Shown: positions 35,162-63,358 of the stretch, one piece after another
Layout: each line of letters starts with the position of its first letter
Position numbering within the stretch: position 1 is the first letter of the stretch
Source: Paraspadella gotoi
Lineage: Eukaryota; Animalia; Chaetognatha
Assembly: GCA_051294375.1 (NCBI GenBank)
Contig: CM119271.1
Coordinates: forward strand, 11,870,560 to 11,934,559
DNA: 64,000 nt
Direction: 5' to 3'
Notes under the pieces: generated by a model
The model's database searches: none
What the model was told of the DNA's origin: nothing
The model's input: only the letters and a program-made list of their open reading frames with translations
Program-made: the position numbers and the translations under genes

Positions 35162-36740
35162 CTTCTGGCGAAAAAGGGAAGGAGAAAGGGTGAGGTTAAG
35201 ATTTTATAAATCAATATAAATGGGATGAAATTAGTTTACCCATTCATTGAATATAAACAAGCTATCTTGCCCCAGATTTTGGACAACATTATATGATAAG
35301 CTTTCAATCAAAAATTTCTTACAGTCTAGTTTATTCACTCCCAAAATACCTGGCTTCCCTATCAATAAAATAGTAAAATGTTTTATTAACTGTTTCAATT
35401 GTATAGAACCACATTTTGTTCAATAATTTAACAGTAGTCACAGTAGTTCTACTGCAACGATAAAGAAATTACTGTCAATGAGAAATTCGTCATCATTTTT
35501 AAAAGTAACTGTAACATTGTAAATAATATTGCCACGGATTAAAATAAAGATTCGATATTATCCACCAATTATTACGTAATATTTCACCGTAATAGATTAT
35601 CCAAAGAGAACTAAAAGACGCAGGAAGATGAAATTCGTCGTCCTTTTCTAATATTAGAAGTCCAGAGAGTCTGGACCGTCCGTAAACCTCGAAGGTCACA
35701 ACGGGCGATGGAACGACGACGGCGTACGGTGGTCATTCCGACCCAAGACGATCCAATGAAACTGGGATTTACTTTTATTTTACTTTGAACGACATTTATT
35801 AATATCTTTTTAAAGGTTTTTTTTATTTTAATTTTTGAAAAAGTGACTAAACGGATTAAAAGGGAATTTCCGTTGTGTCGGGTCCTTTTGTTCGTCGTCT
35901 TGGTTTCGACATCTGGCGGAAAATGGCGGAAACTTTAATACTGAAAAATACTTAAAAAGGTCAACGTGACGGAGTCCGGGGAGTATTAGAATGTACTGGC
36001 TGTATGAAAAGGATGGACTTCATGTTAGGGATTCTTTTGAATCTAGATGAACTCTGGAACCATTTATCTTTCTTATGGATTATCTACCTCATTAATCATT
36101 TATTAATTTTTTCTTTCCCGAAAAAAAAAAAATATTTCCTCTCGTTTTATTCAATTCAAGGGGGTTTCATGTTCACTCAGTCAATGCCCGTGTGGACAGA
36201 ACTTATTTCTTATAGCTTATCAAACGTTATAAAGTGAAAATCTAAATTGTATTGCTATCTTTGTAGTTTGTGAATTTTAGTTCCTTGTCTCCTCTCGACG
36301 ACCTGAGTCATTTTACGCTTTGTGTTGAAAAACCGATTCTCGTAGTAGGACTCATTTGTTTTTGTTGTTGTTATTATTATTGTTTTATTTGGGGTCATCT
36401 TATTTTTATCTCATTCGGATTCCGTCGGCAAAAAGAAATCGTATTCTTTGAATACCAAATAGTAAAAAAGCATATTTTACCAACTTCTTGAAAAATGCAT
36501 ATTTTCAACTATACTTGAATAACTTGAAAATTCAGTTGATATTTATTACTACTCTCTTGTCTGCTTTTGAAAAATCAAAGCATAAACGATAAAAGTAACT
36601 AAACGTTTCTCTCCTAAAAGGGAAATACTTTTCTTTCCAAAAAAAAAAGAATTTGAAAATTCCAAAAATAAATTTGAGTCGATTTCCGTTCGTTCTCTCG
36701 CTCCGGTGGCTTTCAATTCTTTTTTTACGATCCTAAAAGT

Positions 36741-36783
<43 letters not shown>

Positions 36784-36870
36784 CCTTTCATTGCCGCTTC
36801 TCTTTGCTCTTTTCTCACCTCGAACGCAGCAAAGAATCGAGCTGCTGCGAAAACCTTTTTGCGAAACTTG

Positions 36871-36984
<114 letters not shown>

Positions 36985-37119
36985 AGGTCTAAGGAGATGC
37001 CGGCACCAATTTCTCATTTCATCGTCGTCTCACTTTCACCTTCACCCTGTTTTTTATTTTTTTCTTCATCGCCATCTTTTTTTTAAATTTTTTTTTCTTC
37101 TCTCTCTCGTGTTTTCTTC

Positions 37120-37350
37120 CTCCCGTCCCGCGCAACGTGGGCGTGTCCCTTCATGTCAAATCCTCGACGCTGATTGGTTCCCGGGAACGCGTGCACTGCG
37201 TCGCGCGCGCACATCCATTGGGCGCGACGTCGCCCCGTCTCGCTCTCTGATTGGTCGAGCGTCTCGGGTGACGCCCCAGGCGGTGCCCTCACCGCCAGTG
37301 AGACGTCGTCTTCGCCGCCAGTGAAACGTGACCGACTCGTTTCCGTCCTC
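37120..37350. promoter_or_regulatory. CpG-rich promoter-like island with CCAAT boxes
   Basis: Three ATTGG (CCAAT on the minus strand) at ~37173, ~37217 and ~37250, plus TTGGGCGCG and the palindrome TTCCCGGGAA, in a GC-rich non-coding island about 2 kb upstream of the first gene of the minus-strand cluster. Confidence 0.45.
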
Positions 37351-37600
37351 CACTGTTTTGGTTTATTTTTCGTTTCACATTCGAATCTGTTTCTCGTGAG
37401 AAAAGACGGATGTGAATACGATATCGTTAAAAATAAACTGTTTAAAGCGTAACGTCACAATCCGACTTCTTAACTGCGTCAGAAAATCTATGACGTAAAA
37501 CGCGAAGATTAAAATATTGATGACGTAGTCATTTTTTTTTTAAACTTAAAAGATCCGGAATTGAATGACACCAGCTGATCTTGGTGGTTGTCTCGAAATT

Positions 37601-37669
<69 letters not shown>

Positions 37670-38161
37670 CGAATGAATCAATTTATATCCTGTCAAATGA
37701 CTAATAAAAACAATTATAGTCGAAGGTCGAGTCACGTTTTTATCTCCAGACATTTATTTTTTCAACTTTCTCTCGGTGCCTCTCTGTACCATTTGCATTG
37801 CGGTTTTTACCCGTGGCAAGATCCGTGACACGACACGCCGAACGAAAATACTGCGCAAAAAAAAAAGAAGAATAACCTCCGAAAGTTTTTTCTTTCTAGT
37901 AAATATTTAACTTCATTAATTTTTCTTTAAAAAGCAATAGACTAGCCGTCTCTCGTCCCTTTTCACCAAAGTTTTAATTAAACACGACATTTCTTTCAAA
38001 ATTTTAAAAGATACTCGTTTGTCATATAACCGCGTTGACACAATTAACCTTTAATTCTCGAATTTATAACCTCAAAAAAACTTTAAAAATCCCGGACAAT
38101 CGATTCGACGGATCTACGTGATGTCTTGACGCCGACGACGAGATTAATAAAATAAATCATC

Positions 38162-38206
<45 letters not shown>

Positions 38207-38294
38207 ACACACACACACAAACCAAGATCCAGTTTCCGACTGAACCTTAACTTAAGTCACGGGTTTATATAATTCTTTTAAAAATTTGGTATAA

Positions 38295-38570
38295 TTTTCC
38301 CAGTTCGCTCCCATTTTATCTTAAATTGGGAATTAAATTAGTTTTGAGATTTAAAAATTAAGAAAAAAGTGAGGGTTAAGAAAAGGATGTAAAGGATTAG
38401 GGTTAAGGATTAGTTAAATTATTAAGATTAGGGATTAAGGTTTAAGGTTAAGGATTAAGGTTTAAGGTTAGGATTAAGGTTTAAGGTTAGGATTAAGGTT
38501 TAAGGTTAGGATTCAAGTTTAAGGTTAAGGATTAAGGTTTAAGGTTAGGGATTAAGGTTTTAAGGTTACA
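38295..38570 (+). repeat. Degenerate telomere-like (TTAAGG/TTAGGG) array with a conserved flanking motif; related copies at 48950-49341 and, inverted, at ~52000-52380
   Basis: All three copies have a flank resembling CCCATTT.ATCT.AAATT.GGAATTA, followed by GGTTAAGGATTAAGGTTT-type repeats. Confidence 0.65.
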
Positions 38571-38657
38571 TATACAATTGTCAATACAAACAATTTTCAA
38601 ACTTTCAATTTTCAATTTCAAATAATAAAAAAAAATTCATACAATTAAAACATTCCT

Positions 38658-38859
38658 TGAATCATTATACCACTTCATTGATAGGGAGTGAATAAACGAG
38701 ACAGAGAGAGTCTTGTTTAAAATTTGCAGAGACCTGCTATGTCATTATCTTGTAAGAGTGATGGAGGCCTGAAACCACCAAAGCTTGTCCAAAGTCAGGG
38801 AGAAGATAGCTTATTTATTAAATGAATGGATAATTTATATATTGGTTGTATCAATTTCA
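38658..38859. mobile_element. Second copy of the ~210-bp dispersed repeat
   Basis: Aligns by eye to 28744-28964. Confidence 0.7.
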
Positions 38860-39332
38860 AAGAGGCACGTCAGTGGCCGTGACTTAAACGAAATAATTTA
38901 TACCGGATGCAGGATTCACACTTATTAGCATTAGACTTGGAGGTGGATCTTTTATACTTAATTTAACCAGCTTCTCGGTTAGTTTATTTACCAAATCTTT
39001 TTTTTGTATGAATAATATACGTAGAAAATTACGATTTGATCTAAAAAAGTGCATATATATATATATACGCAGCAAGATTTAAATCTTATGATAATAAGAA
39101 TTTCTTCCTTGTTAAGTTTTTCTTCCCAGTTTTTTCTTATATTTAATATTCGATTCTTATGCGATTTTTTTTCCTCTTTTCACTTTTATTATTCCTTTCA
39201 TTGCTTGGGTCGTCGTAGTCTTCATCTTCATCGTCGTCTTCATCGTCGTCGTCATATTCTTCGTCGTCGTCGTCGTCGTCATCTTTTTCGGCTCAGAGGT
39301 TCCCGACTTGAAAAGGATTCTCTCTTATTCAT

Positions 39333-52427
<13,095 letters not shown>

Positions 52428-52757
52428 CTGGGATTGGCAGGGCAAGGCAGGGCAGGGTAGGGCACGACAGGGCAAGGAAGCTATAATTGTAGTCAAGAAC
52501 TGAAGATGCGCGTGGAATGCAGGTATTTGGTTCGTATCATATGTAAGAGTGTTTTATTATGACAAAAACCGTTTGTTAACTTAAGTTATAAACGTATAGA
52601 CAATTATAGAGCGAAAGATTTTATCTGTCTTTTCATTTTAATTTTATTTCTATCATCGTTAATACAATTTTGAGACCCTTTTATCCCTTTGACAAGACGA
52701 AGGCGAAAGACCCTAAACTCTTTGTCCTTTATTTGTTTTGACCTTTAACCAATGAGT

Positions 52758-52871
<114 letters not shown>

Positions 52872-53132
52872 ATTTCTCTCTCTAATTTCTCAAAAAAACG
52901 AAATCCCGGATTCCCTGGCCTCGTTATTAATTCGTTAACGATTCATTAAGGATTGATGAACGGTTTCTTAGGGATTCGTTAGCGATTGGTAAGCCATATT
53001 GCCTAACGATACATTAGTTATTCATTATCAATTGGTAATTATTCGTTAGCAAAGCCATTGACAACACGTCAGAGGACGTCGACCGGAATCAGTCACGCTT
53101 TCGTCATCTGGTGAACAATTGTGATGCGGTCA

Positions 53133-53328
53133 TTGACCACAATGCCCTTAATGACCATGATGCCCATAATGACCATGATGCCCACAATGACCAGGACGCC
53201 CTTAATGACCACAATGACCATGATGTCCTTAATGACCATAATGACCATGATGCCCACAATGATCACAATGATCATAATGACCCCAATACCCTTAATCAAC
53301 ATAATGACCACAATGACCAGGATGCCCA
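53133..53328. repeat. 9-bp-based repeat (AATGACCAT/AATGACCAC/GATGCCCAC); duplicate at ~58933-59128
   Basis: Directly visible; it generates the NDH-, MT- and IMV-repeat ORFs. Confidence 0.85.
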
Positions 53329-53530
53329 CGTTCTATCCTTCGCCGTCATCTGTCACAAAAAATTCGCCGTCATCATCTGCCGAAACTGAAGTGTCATTTT
53401 TCTTCATTAGTCATCACCGCTAATGTATAATTGTACTTAATTACACCTTTCTATATTAAAGCCAATAACTTTGTATAATCTTGTTATATATATATATATT
53501 CTTCCTTCTCTCTTCTCTCTCTTCCTCTCT

Positions 53531-53569
<39 letters not shown>

Positions 53570-56368
53570 ACAACAAACGAGTGGGTTGACTCGAAGATTC
53601 AGTCTGGATTCTTGTCCATATGGTAAAAGCGCCTTCCAACGCTAGCGCCTCCTCCTCCTCTTCTCTCTCCCACGTGACACGCGCTTTTTCTCGCTCTTTC
53701 CACCCATTGCTCTTTTCCTCCTTATAGAATCATAACGGGTCTTCTCCTCTCCTCTTCCTTGTCGACTCCACCCCCCCTAGTATCTCTTTGGCCAGGTAAG
53801 CTCGCTCCGTCCCCCCTTTCTCTCTCTCTCTCTCTCTCGTCTCTGTCTCTTCTCTTTAGCCACGCCTACCTTTTTCCGACTCTCTCCCCTTTCTCTCTTT
53901 CACGCCTCTCGTCTATCTTCCCCCCCCTCCGAATTCACGTGGCGCGGAATCCACGATGTGACTCTCTCTCTCTCTTTCTCTCTCTCTCGCTCTCTGCTTC
54001 TCTCTCGCTTCTCTCTTCTCTCTCTCGGTACCGTCAACTTTTTTNNNNNNNNNNNNNNNNNNNNNNNNNCACGCGCTTTTTCTCGCTCTTTCCACCCATT
54101 GCTCTTCCTCCTCCTATAGAATCATAACGAGTCTTCTCCTCCTCCTCTTCCTTGTCGACTCNNNNNNNNNNNNNNNNNNNNNNNNNGTTGTAAAAGTATC
54201 GTAGGAAAGACAACCCTAATCTCTAACCCTAATCTCTATCCTTTAATCTAACCTTACCCCGAACCGAAACCCTAACAATCCATCATCAAATTATCTCGTT
54301 TTTGTCTCCGATCCTGACTCTGAGTTATCCAGCCGAGAAGAGACAAGCGAGGAACAGATTCGCTGCTCCATCAGACGGCAAGCGGGCCATCGACAGAGCA
54401 TTCTCGCCCATAATTTTCCGCTCGGGAAGACAGATGAGAAAAAAAAATTAAATTTGTACTTTTATATTCATATTCTAACTCGATGATTCAACATGATTGG
54501 TCAATTTAACTCGGCGTTACAGATTGTCATAACCGGCCCCCGACTGGGTTGGTCAATTTAACTCGTTGATTGAACGTGATTGGTCAATTTTTTTCCACCA
54601 ATCGTATTCTCTCGCTTCTTTACTTCTGAACGCCGATTTGGGCATCTATTTCCAAGAACGCCCCATTTAATCTAAAAATTCGGCAATTAGAGTTATATCT
54701 TTTAAGTTAAAGATTAGGCTTAAAAGCTTAAGGATAAGGCAAGTGATTAAGGTTATAGGTTAAGTGTAGGTTAGTGTTAGTTGATCTAGAGTTAAAATAT
54801 TTATTAAGGATTATGGTTTAGATAAAGGTGAGGTTTAAAAATTAAGCATAAAGGTTCTAAGTGTTAACAATTACTAGTATTAAGGATTAGGTTTAGATGA
54901 AGGGTGGGTTTTAAAAATTAAGATTTAGGGTTTAGATATGGTTATTGCGGTTAGAGTTTGAATTAGATTTAAGGATTAGGTTTTAGGAACTGGCCCGGTA
55001 ATATATTTAAAATTACAATATTAGATTAAGAATTTGAAAATGGGGCGCTCTGAGAAAATAGAGCGCCCAGTTGGGTTCACTCTACCTGCCGAAAGTCTTA
55101 CAAAGAAATAGGAATAGAGAGTTAGAGAGGTTGAGTCCCAAAAAATTAGAAGGTGACCCAATATATTCTCGTTTCCCCTTTTATCAACTGACTCTACCTA
55201 TCTTCTTCCTACTAAATTCTCAACCGACTAATCTTCCACCTCCGCGTTCTCCCACTAATCTTTCCTCTCCTTTTCCCAAACTCTGTTCTCTCAACTCTAT
55301 TCTTCCACCCTCATTTTTCCCCTCCTTTCTTATCGCGCAACCCTATTGTTCTCTCCACCCTCCTTTCTCTCACTGCCCCCCGGTTCCTTCCGATTCTCCA
55401 TTATCGCGCCACCAAATCGTTCTTCGCCCATCAACCATTTGTTTCTCCCAACTTTACACGTTTCCCTTAGTTTTTTTCTTTTTTTCCTTTCGCGTTCGTT
55501 CGTCTTTTCCCTTTAACGTTTCCCAACATTATGGGGGGGGGAGGGAGGCATTTTTTTACCTCCCTTCTCTCTCCCATCTCTCTCTCTTCTCCTTGCTTTC
55601 TCTCTCTCTCTCTCTCTCTCTCTTCTCTTGCTTCGGTCCATATGTTGAAGCCTTAAAAAAAAAAACAAGAGAAAAGACAAGAAAAAAAAGTCAACCTGGA
55701 AGAGGTTGGGTGGGCCGTCGCCAATCGGCACAGCGCCGCTTACGCCGACCGCACAGCACCGCGCGGAGTTGGCGACGACCAGTCTTGCGGGGGAATAAAT
55801 GGGAGGGGCAGACGTCGGAAGAGGATAGAGACGAACGGATGCGAGTTATTGCGTCGCTTGTTTTCGGAAATTTTCATTTTACACTAAATCTCTTCTTTTA
55901 CAAACGTTTTTAAAAATTTTTAAAATAAACCAAAAAAACTAAAATTTATAATTAATTTATATTGATAAATACGTATTTGATTTCTATTTAATAAAGTTAT
56001 ACAATGATAAGATCTAACAAAAAAAACAAAACATTTGCCGTTAGTAATCTATTTTAAATCCCTACACTTCGTGCCCGTAAAATGTCATCAAATCATTCAA
56101 AAAAGCTTTTCTAAAATATAATTTTTTTCTCTTTATATCTTAATCAAGTGCGATCTAAGAAAAATCATAAATAAATAATAAACTAAATAATAAATAAATA
56201 ATAAATCTATCAAACTAAATAATGCATGCATATATGAATAATTACGGAATCTCTCTCGATTTCACGATGGATAAAAAATATTCGTGCCTTTTTTTTTCAT
56301 ATTCGATTTCTTGTGTTTCGTATTTATCATCAAAATCAGAGGCTCCATATCTCTCTCTCTCTCTCTCT

Positions 56369-56404
<36 letters not shown>

Positions 56405-58601
56405 TCTCTCTCTCTCTCTCGATGAAAACAAACAACAACGACAGAATGTTATTACAGTTTCTTTTCTGCTTTTTTTTATAATCTCAAAAATCTTATCTTA
56501 AAAACATTACTCTTGTAATCCTAATTCAAAGACTCTTTCTCTATCTTTATCTCTATATTTTCTATCTCTGTTCATCTTTTCTATCATTATCTCTCATTTT
56601 CTAATCTTCTCTCTTTTTCTACACTTTCTCTATCCCTTCCTCCTCTCCTCACAGGCGTGAGTTCCCTTCACCAATGGCGAATATAATAATCGGCCAAAAA
56701 ATTCACAGCTTGACGAGACCTTTTCTCGCTCACGTTCACCGCCCACCCTTCCCGTTCACCCCCCCGATCGTCGACCCCACCCGGCGCAGTAAGTCGCCAT
56801 CTTTCTTCGCGCGATCTCTTCGACACCGTTGTCTCCTCTGCGCTCTCGAACGTATTCAGCGCTCGCGACGCTCTCGGCACGTTCGGCGCTCGCGTCCCTC
56901 TGGGCGCTTCAGCGCTATTAGCGCTTCTCAATGCTCTCGACGCTATCCACTTCAGTGCTCTAAGCGTACTTAATTGTGCTTGTCTCACTCTCAGCTGTTT
57001 CACACTTTCAACCATTTTGAAATCTCGGCTCTCTCGAACACTATTGGCACTGGCTCACACGACTTAGACTTTTCTCGGCGCTCTCAGCAGCTATGTCACT
57101 TCAAGCAGCTAACAGCACTCTAAACCTACTCAGAGCTAACAGCACCTCTAAACGCCCGCTAACAGTAAGCCTAGACTACAGCACTCTAAACGCTCTCAGA
57201 GCTAACAGCACACTAAACGCCTTCAGAGCTAACAGCACTCTAAACGCTCTCAGAGCAACAGCACTCCTAACACGCCTCAGAAGCTAAGCACGCACTCCCA
57301 AACGCTCTCAGAGCTAACAGCACTTAAAAGCTCTCAGAAGCTAACAGCACTCTTAAACGCTCTCAGAGCTTACAGCACTCTACAACGCTCTCAGAGCTAA
57401 CAGCACTCTAAACGCTCTCAGAGCTTACCAGCACTCTAAACGCATCTCATGAGCCTAACAGCACTCTAAACGCTCTCAGAGCTCTCTCCCGCTTCCCTTC
57501 CCCCCCCAAGCGTTCATATGTGTTTTATTTTTTTTCCAACGATGATCCATCTGACTCTAGCTTGTTTTTCCTTTCGAGTCTTTTTTTGACCAAATTCCGC
57601 TGAAGCGCGTTGATAATTTCTAATCCAATCACGTGAATTCTTGTTTTTTTTCTTTAGTGGGGAGAGTAATTCTCCTCCGAAGTTAGCGCAGTTGTCGCTT
57701 TACCTCTCTCCCGGCGCGTTTTCGAAAGCAACTCATTTGCCGTTCCATTAACCCTGTGCTTAATTTAACTTCAAATATCTAACTCTAATTTTTAATAGAT
57801 ATTGATTTATTCCTTAACCCATTTTCTTTACACCTAATTCTTACATTCCCTCCCAACCTCTATCTACTTAGAACCTGAAAATACTACACTCTTTACACCT
57901 AATTCTTAACTTCCAACCTTTATCTACTTAAGTTTTTAACCTTAATTTTAATTCCAACCTTACTCTACTAACCTGAAATACTAATCATATTAACCGTAAT
58001 TCTTAATTCCCTAACCATCATTTCAACTAACCTAAATACTAATTTTAACACCTTATTCCTCAATCAATTTTTAAACCAAATTTATAACCCTAATCTTCAA
58101 CCCGACATCCCTTAACCTTCATCCTAACCTTATTCCCTAACCCTTATGCCCCCACCCCTTAACCTCGACCTCTAATCTCAACTTTAAGATGAAATGTGGC
58201 GTTTTGGTAAATTAAGGCCAAAGATGCGCTGCCTCACTTTCACCATATGTTGCGCACGTCGCTGGATTGGCAGGGCACAGCCAGGGCAGGTAGGGCACGG
58301 ACAGGGCAAGGAAGCTATAATTGTAGTCAGAACTGAAGCATGCGGTGGAATGCGCGTATTTGGTTCGTATCAGTATGTAGAGTGTTTATTATGACAAAAA
58401 CCGTTTGTTAACTTAAGTTAAAAACGTACTAGCACATATAGAAAGGCGAAAGATTTTATCGTGCTTTTCATTTTAATGTTTATTTCTTGATCATCGTTAA
58501 CTACAATTTTTTGCGACCACTTATTCATCCCTTTGACAAGACGAAGGCGAAAGACCCTAAACTCTTTGTCCTTTATTTGTTTTGACCTTTTAACCAATAG
58601 T

Positions 58602-58675
<74 letters not shown>

Positions 58676-59300
58676 TTTCTCTCTCTAATTTCTCAAAAAA
58701 CGAAATCCCGGATTCCCTGGCCTCGTTATTAATTCGTTAACGATTCATTAAGGATTGATGAACGTTTCTTAGGGATTCGTTAGCGATTGGTAAGCCATAT
58801 TGCCTAACGATACATTAGTTATTCATTATCAATTGGTAATTATTCGTTAGCAAAGCCATTGACAACACGTCAGAGGACGTCGACCGAGAATCAGTCACGC
58901 TTTCGTCATCTGGTGAACAATTGTGATGCGGTCATTGACCACAATGCCTTAATGACCATGATGCGCCATAATGACCATGATGCCCACCAATGACCAGGAC
59001 GCCCTTAATGACCACAATGACCATGATGTCCTTAATGACCATAATGACCATGATGCCCACAATGATCACAATGATCATAATGACCCAATACCCTTAATCA
59101 ACATATGACACAATGACCAGGATGCCCACGTTCTATCCTTCGCCGTCATCTGTCACAAAAAATTCGCCGTCATCATCTGCCGAAACTGAAGTGTCATTTT
59201 TTCTTCATTAGTCATCACCGCTAATGTATAATTGTACTTAATTACACCTTTCTATATTAAAGCCAATAACTTTGTATATATATATATATATCTCTCTCCT

Positions 59301-59352
<52 letters not shown>

Positions 59353-59752
59353 ACAACAAACGAGTGGGTTGACTCGAAGATTCAGTCTGGATTCTTGTCC
59401 ATATGGTAAAAGCGCCTTCCAACGCTAGCGCCTCCTCCTCCTCTTCTCCTCCCACGTGACACGCGCTTTTTTCTCGCTCTTTCCACCCATTGCTCTTCTC
59501 TCCTCCTATAGAATCATAACGAGTCTTCTCCTCCTCCTCTTTCCTTGTCCGACTCCACCCCCCCCTAGTATCTCTTTGGCCAGGTTAAGCTCGCTCCGTC
59601 CCCCTTTCTCTCTCTCTCTCTCTCTCTGTCTTGCTCTCTCTCTTTAGCCACGCCTACCTTTTTCCGACTCTCTCCCCCTTTCCTCTTTCTCACGCCTCCT
59701 CGTCTATCTTCCCCCCCTTCCGAATTCACGTGGCGCGGAATCCACGATGTGA

Positions 59753-59783
<31 letters not shown>

Positions 59784-60714
59784 CTCTCTCTCCTCTCTCT
59801 TCTCTCTCTCTGTTCGACCATCAACATTTTTATTTTTTTTTTGTTATCTTCACAAATCTTATCGCTTAGATTTTGAAAACTATATCTTAAAATATAAAGA
59901 TATATCCTAATATCTAAATATATAAATAATATTAAATATATCTTCGTAAATCTTTCATATAAAACCAAATGTTTCTTAAAGTAAATTTCAAGTAATTAAC
60001 AATTTGTTTTATCGTTTTTACTTATTAACTAAAAATGTCGTCAAAGCATAAATAGAAAAAATGAAAAAAATACTTTTGCAACTAGCACACATCTCATAAT
60101 GAAAAAAAAAAACAACAAATATTAAATGTTATTCAGGTGTTTAGTGGTTCCTGAACTGTTAAGATGAACCTAATCTAACAATAAAAAAATATTCGTGAAA
60201 CTCTCTAGCGGGGATTTCCCTCACAGATTCTTCTGTTACCGAAAAGTTTGTATAAACAAAAATTTCGCAAAAAAAAAGGAAAAAAAATGTTAAAAAATTA
60301 ATCTTCGTCTTTTTCTTCGATTCCATCGATTTTGACTTTTTCTCTCTGAAATCATCTTTTTTCTATTTTCCTATTTTCCTATTTTTCTGTTTTTTTATTT
60401 TTTTATATTTTCTATTTTTTTTCTTTTTTTTTCTATTTCCCTTCTTTTTCCATATTTTTCTTTTTTTTTCTTTTTCTATCTTTTCTATTTTCTATTCTCT
60501 TTCTTTTTCGATATTTTTTTACTTTTTCTTATTTTCTATTTTTCTTATTTTCTATTGGTTCATATTTTTCTATTTGTTTATATTTTCTATTTTTTGTACT
60601 TTGCCTAATTTTTTTTAGCATGTCTTCTTTTGTGGGGGGCGGCGTAGTACGTCATCAAAGAGGGCGTGACAGGTGCGTGGCGGCGTGCGTCAATTTGACA
60701 TTGTCACTGGCGCG

Positions 60715-60760
<46 letters not shown>

Positions 60761-62143
60761 GCCATCTGAAGACCACGTGACGTTAGATTTTTTTCCACTG
60801 AGAAAGGTTTTCGTTTTTTAGTCAGATCTGCATATCGCAGATTTCGACTCTATAATTCACTTTGTCGGTCCGTCTGTCGATCCCCCCCCCAATCTTGTCG
60901 GTCATTCACTTAGATAATCTCAGAACCTCAAATTATGATAAATTATGCAAAAAAAATAGAGTCCGTCCGTCTGTCCGTCCCACCTTAGCAAAAATCACCA
61001 ATTACTCGTGATTGGATGGATGGATTGGAATTAAATTTTGTATGTGGGTAGGGAAGTGTGTGATTGAGCTGGATATGAAGTTTCGATGGAATCGTGAGTG
61101 GAAATGAGTTTAAATAGAAAAAACAAAAAAATATATTTCACTATTTGAACGTCAATTACTCATGAGTGGATTGGGCGATTGACTTGAAATTTTGTATTTG
61201 GAAATCAAGTTTCGATGGAATCGTCTGAGTGGAAATGAGTTTAAATTGAAAAAACAAAAAACCTGTTTCACTAATTGATTATGCTTCTTTTTTCTATTAA
61301 TTAATTAATTACCGCTGCGATTACAATAATACAATAAATATTCTGTGCCTCTACACCATTGAAATTCTTTGCCATGAAATATGTTCGATTTGATGTCGAT
61401 TCAAATTAAACATTTAACATCTTCGATAATAAAAAATATATTTCTATTTCTTTTCGATTTTAAATAAAACAATTTTAAGACGTTCAAACTAACAAAGTAA
61501 TTAAACTGTAAGTCAAGCCAATCAAACGCCCTCCAGTCGTGTGGAGGTGGAATAATTTGATCCGCTTCCGCCCATCTACTGCTTTCACCCATTTTCAACC
61601 GTACCGGTCATCACTTCTACCCGCTAACCGCTTCCACCCCCACCTCCGCGTGTTATGACTTCTGCCTCTAATCGCTTCCGCTCCTTGCCGCCTCCACCAA
61701 TCATTAGTTCTACTCGCTAACCGCTTCCGCCCTTTATCGCTTCCACCCACTAACCGCTTCCGCTTCTGAACCCGCTTCCGATTTGACTTCGATGGCGTTG
61801 ACTCCGCCTCCAACATCCACGCCCCCACGACGTCTTCACGAACGCCGGCATCGTCATGGCGCCCACGCCCACCGTCTCTACAGAGAGGACTAAGATCTGG
61901 CGTCAGGCCTCGTTTTTCTCCGCCGCGTCGGCAGCGGCGGCGCCTGCAGCGTCGGCGGGGGAGGAGGAAAAAATTCGACGCAAAAGTTGGCGACGCTATC
62001 GAAGCAGGTTCGTCTATTATTTCCTCGCGCCATATTCTAATTTACATATTGCAGTAAGATATTTTCTAAAAAAATTTAATCTGTCAAGATATATTTATAA
62101 TTTTTATTATATTTTTTCGGGATGTTATAATCATAAGTATTAG

Positions 62144-62194
<51 letters not shown>

Positions 62195-62434
62195 ATATTC
62201 ATGGTGTTTCTCCTGCGGGTTATCGCCGTACGACGCGAAAAACATAACAAATGACTAGCGACCTCTACGCGTTACTTCGAGGCCATCGACAAAGAGCAAA
62301 AAAAAGCGCGTAAAAAAGAGCAAAAGCAGAAAGCAGAAAAAAGAAGCGAACACAAGATAAGAAGTGAAAATAGAAACGAACGAATTTGGGGAGAAACGGA
62401 AGACGGAAAGTCAGACAATCGAAAATATCGGGTT

Positions 62435-62477
<43 letters not shown>

Positions 62478-63305
62478 GTCCCTTTTACTGGTTTCTATGA
62501 GTTGGAATTAAGGAGCAGCGAAACTAAAAGAGGAAAAGTCCTTTGCTTTGTCGACCGAGATTGATCAAAGGCAAAATGGAGAACTCCGAATGGAGACTCG
62601 TGCCTGAATCTAAACCAATGCGCCCATTCTGAATCAAGACATATATCGTGCATTCTGAATCTAGATTGATGTACCAATGCTGTAGACAGATCAAAGGTGA
62701 ATCGAAACATAAGTAGGTACGCCCTCTCTGAGCCATTATGAATGTATTAGGACCCAATCTATTCACCGGTTCTGAATCTACGTGTCGATTCTGAAGTCCA
62801 ACTGATTTTAAGAAGTCAAGTCGATCATAAAAATTCGACAAAAGGATCAAAAAAGATATTTTAATTAAGAATCAAACTTATATTCAACTATTTATAAATA
62901 TTCAACTACTACTAAAAAAAAAATCAGATTAAAAACCTCAAAAAGAAAAATCCTCAATTAAAGAATTGTGAATAGAAGTGAATATATATAAGATTTGAAC
63001 AAAAGATCTTGAATTCAGGATTCGCATTCAAACCGAATCTCTTTTCCGAGATGAACTCAACTCGCGAATGACTCAGACTCGCGGTTCCCTCGATTTGACC
63101 AATGACCACTAATCACGTGACCCGACCACCGATCACGAGACTTTTTACGCGGGTCGCCCGACGGAAACCCTGAGATCACACCATCTGAGATCACGGGGCG
63201 AAAACCTATGTTCACGTGAACAAAAACTTTGATCACGTGGTCGTCGGTTTATGGATTTTTCTAGGTTTTCGTCGCAAAGAGAGCGAGAATCGAAGAGACG
63301 GAGAC

Positions 63306-63358
<53 letters not shown>

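Noticed and set aside
53093-53423. His/Asp/Asn-repeat ORF resembling a histidine-rich metal-binding protein
   Set aside because: A 9-bp minisatellite open in several frames on both strands, without a credible start or unique flanks.
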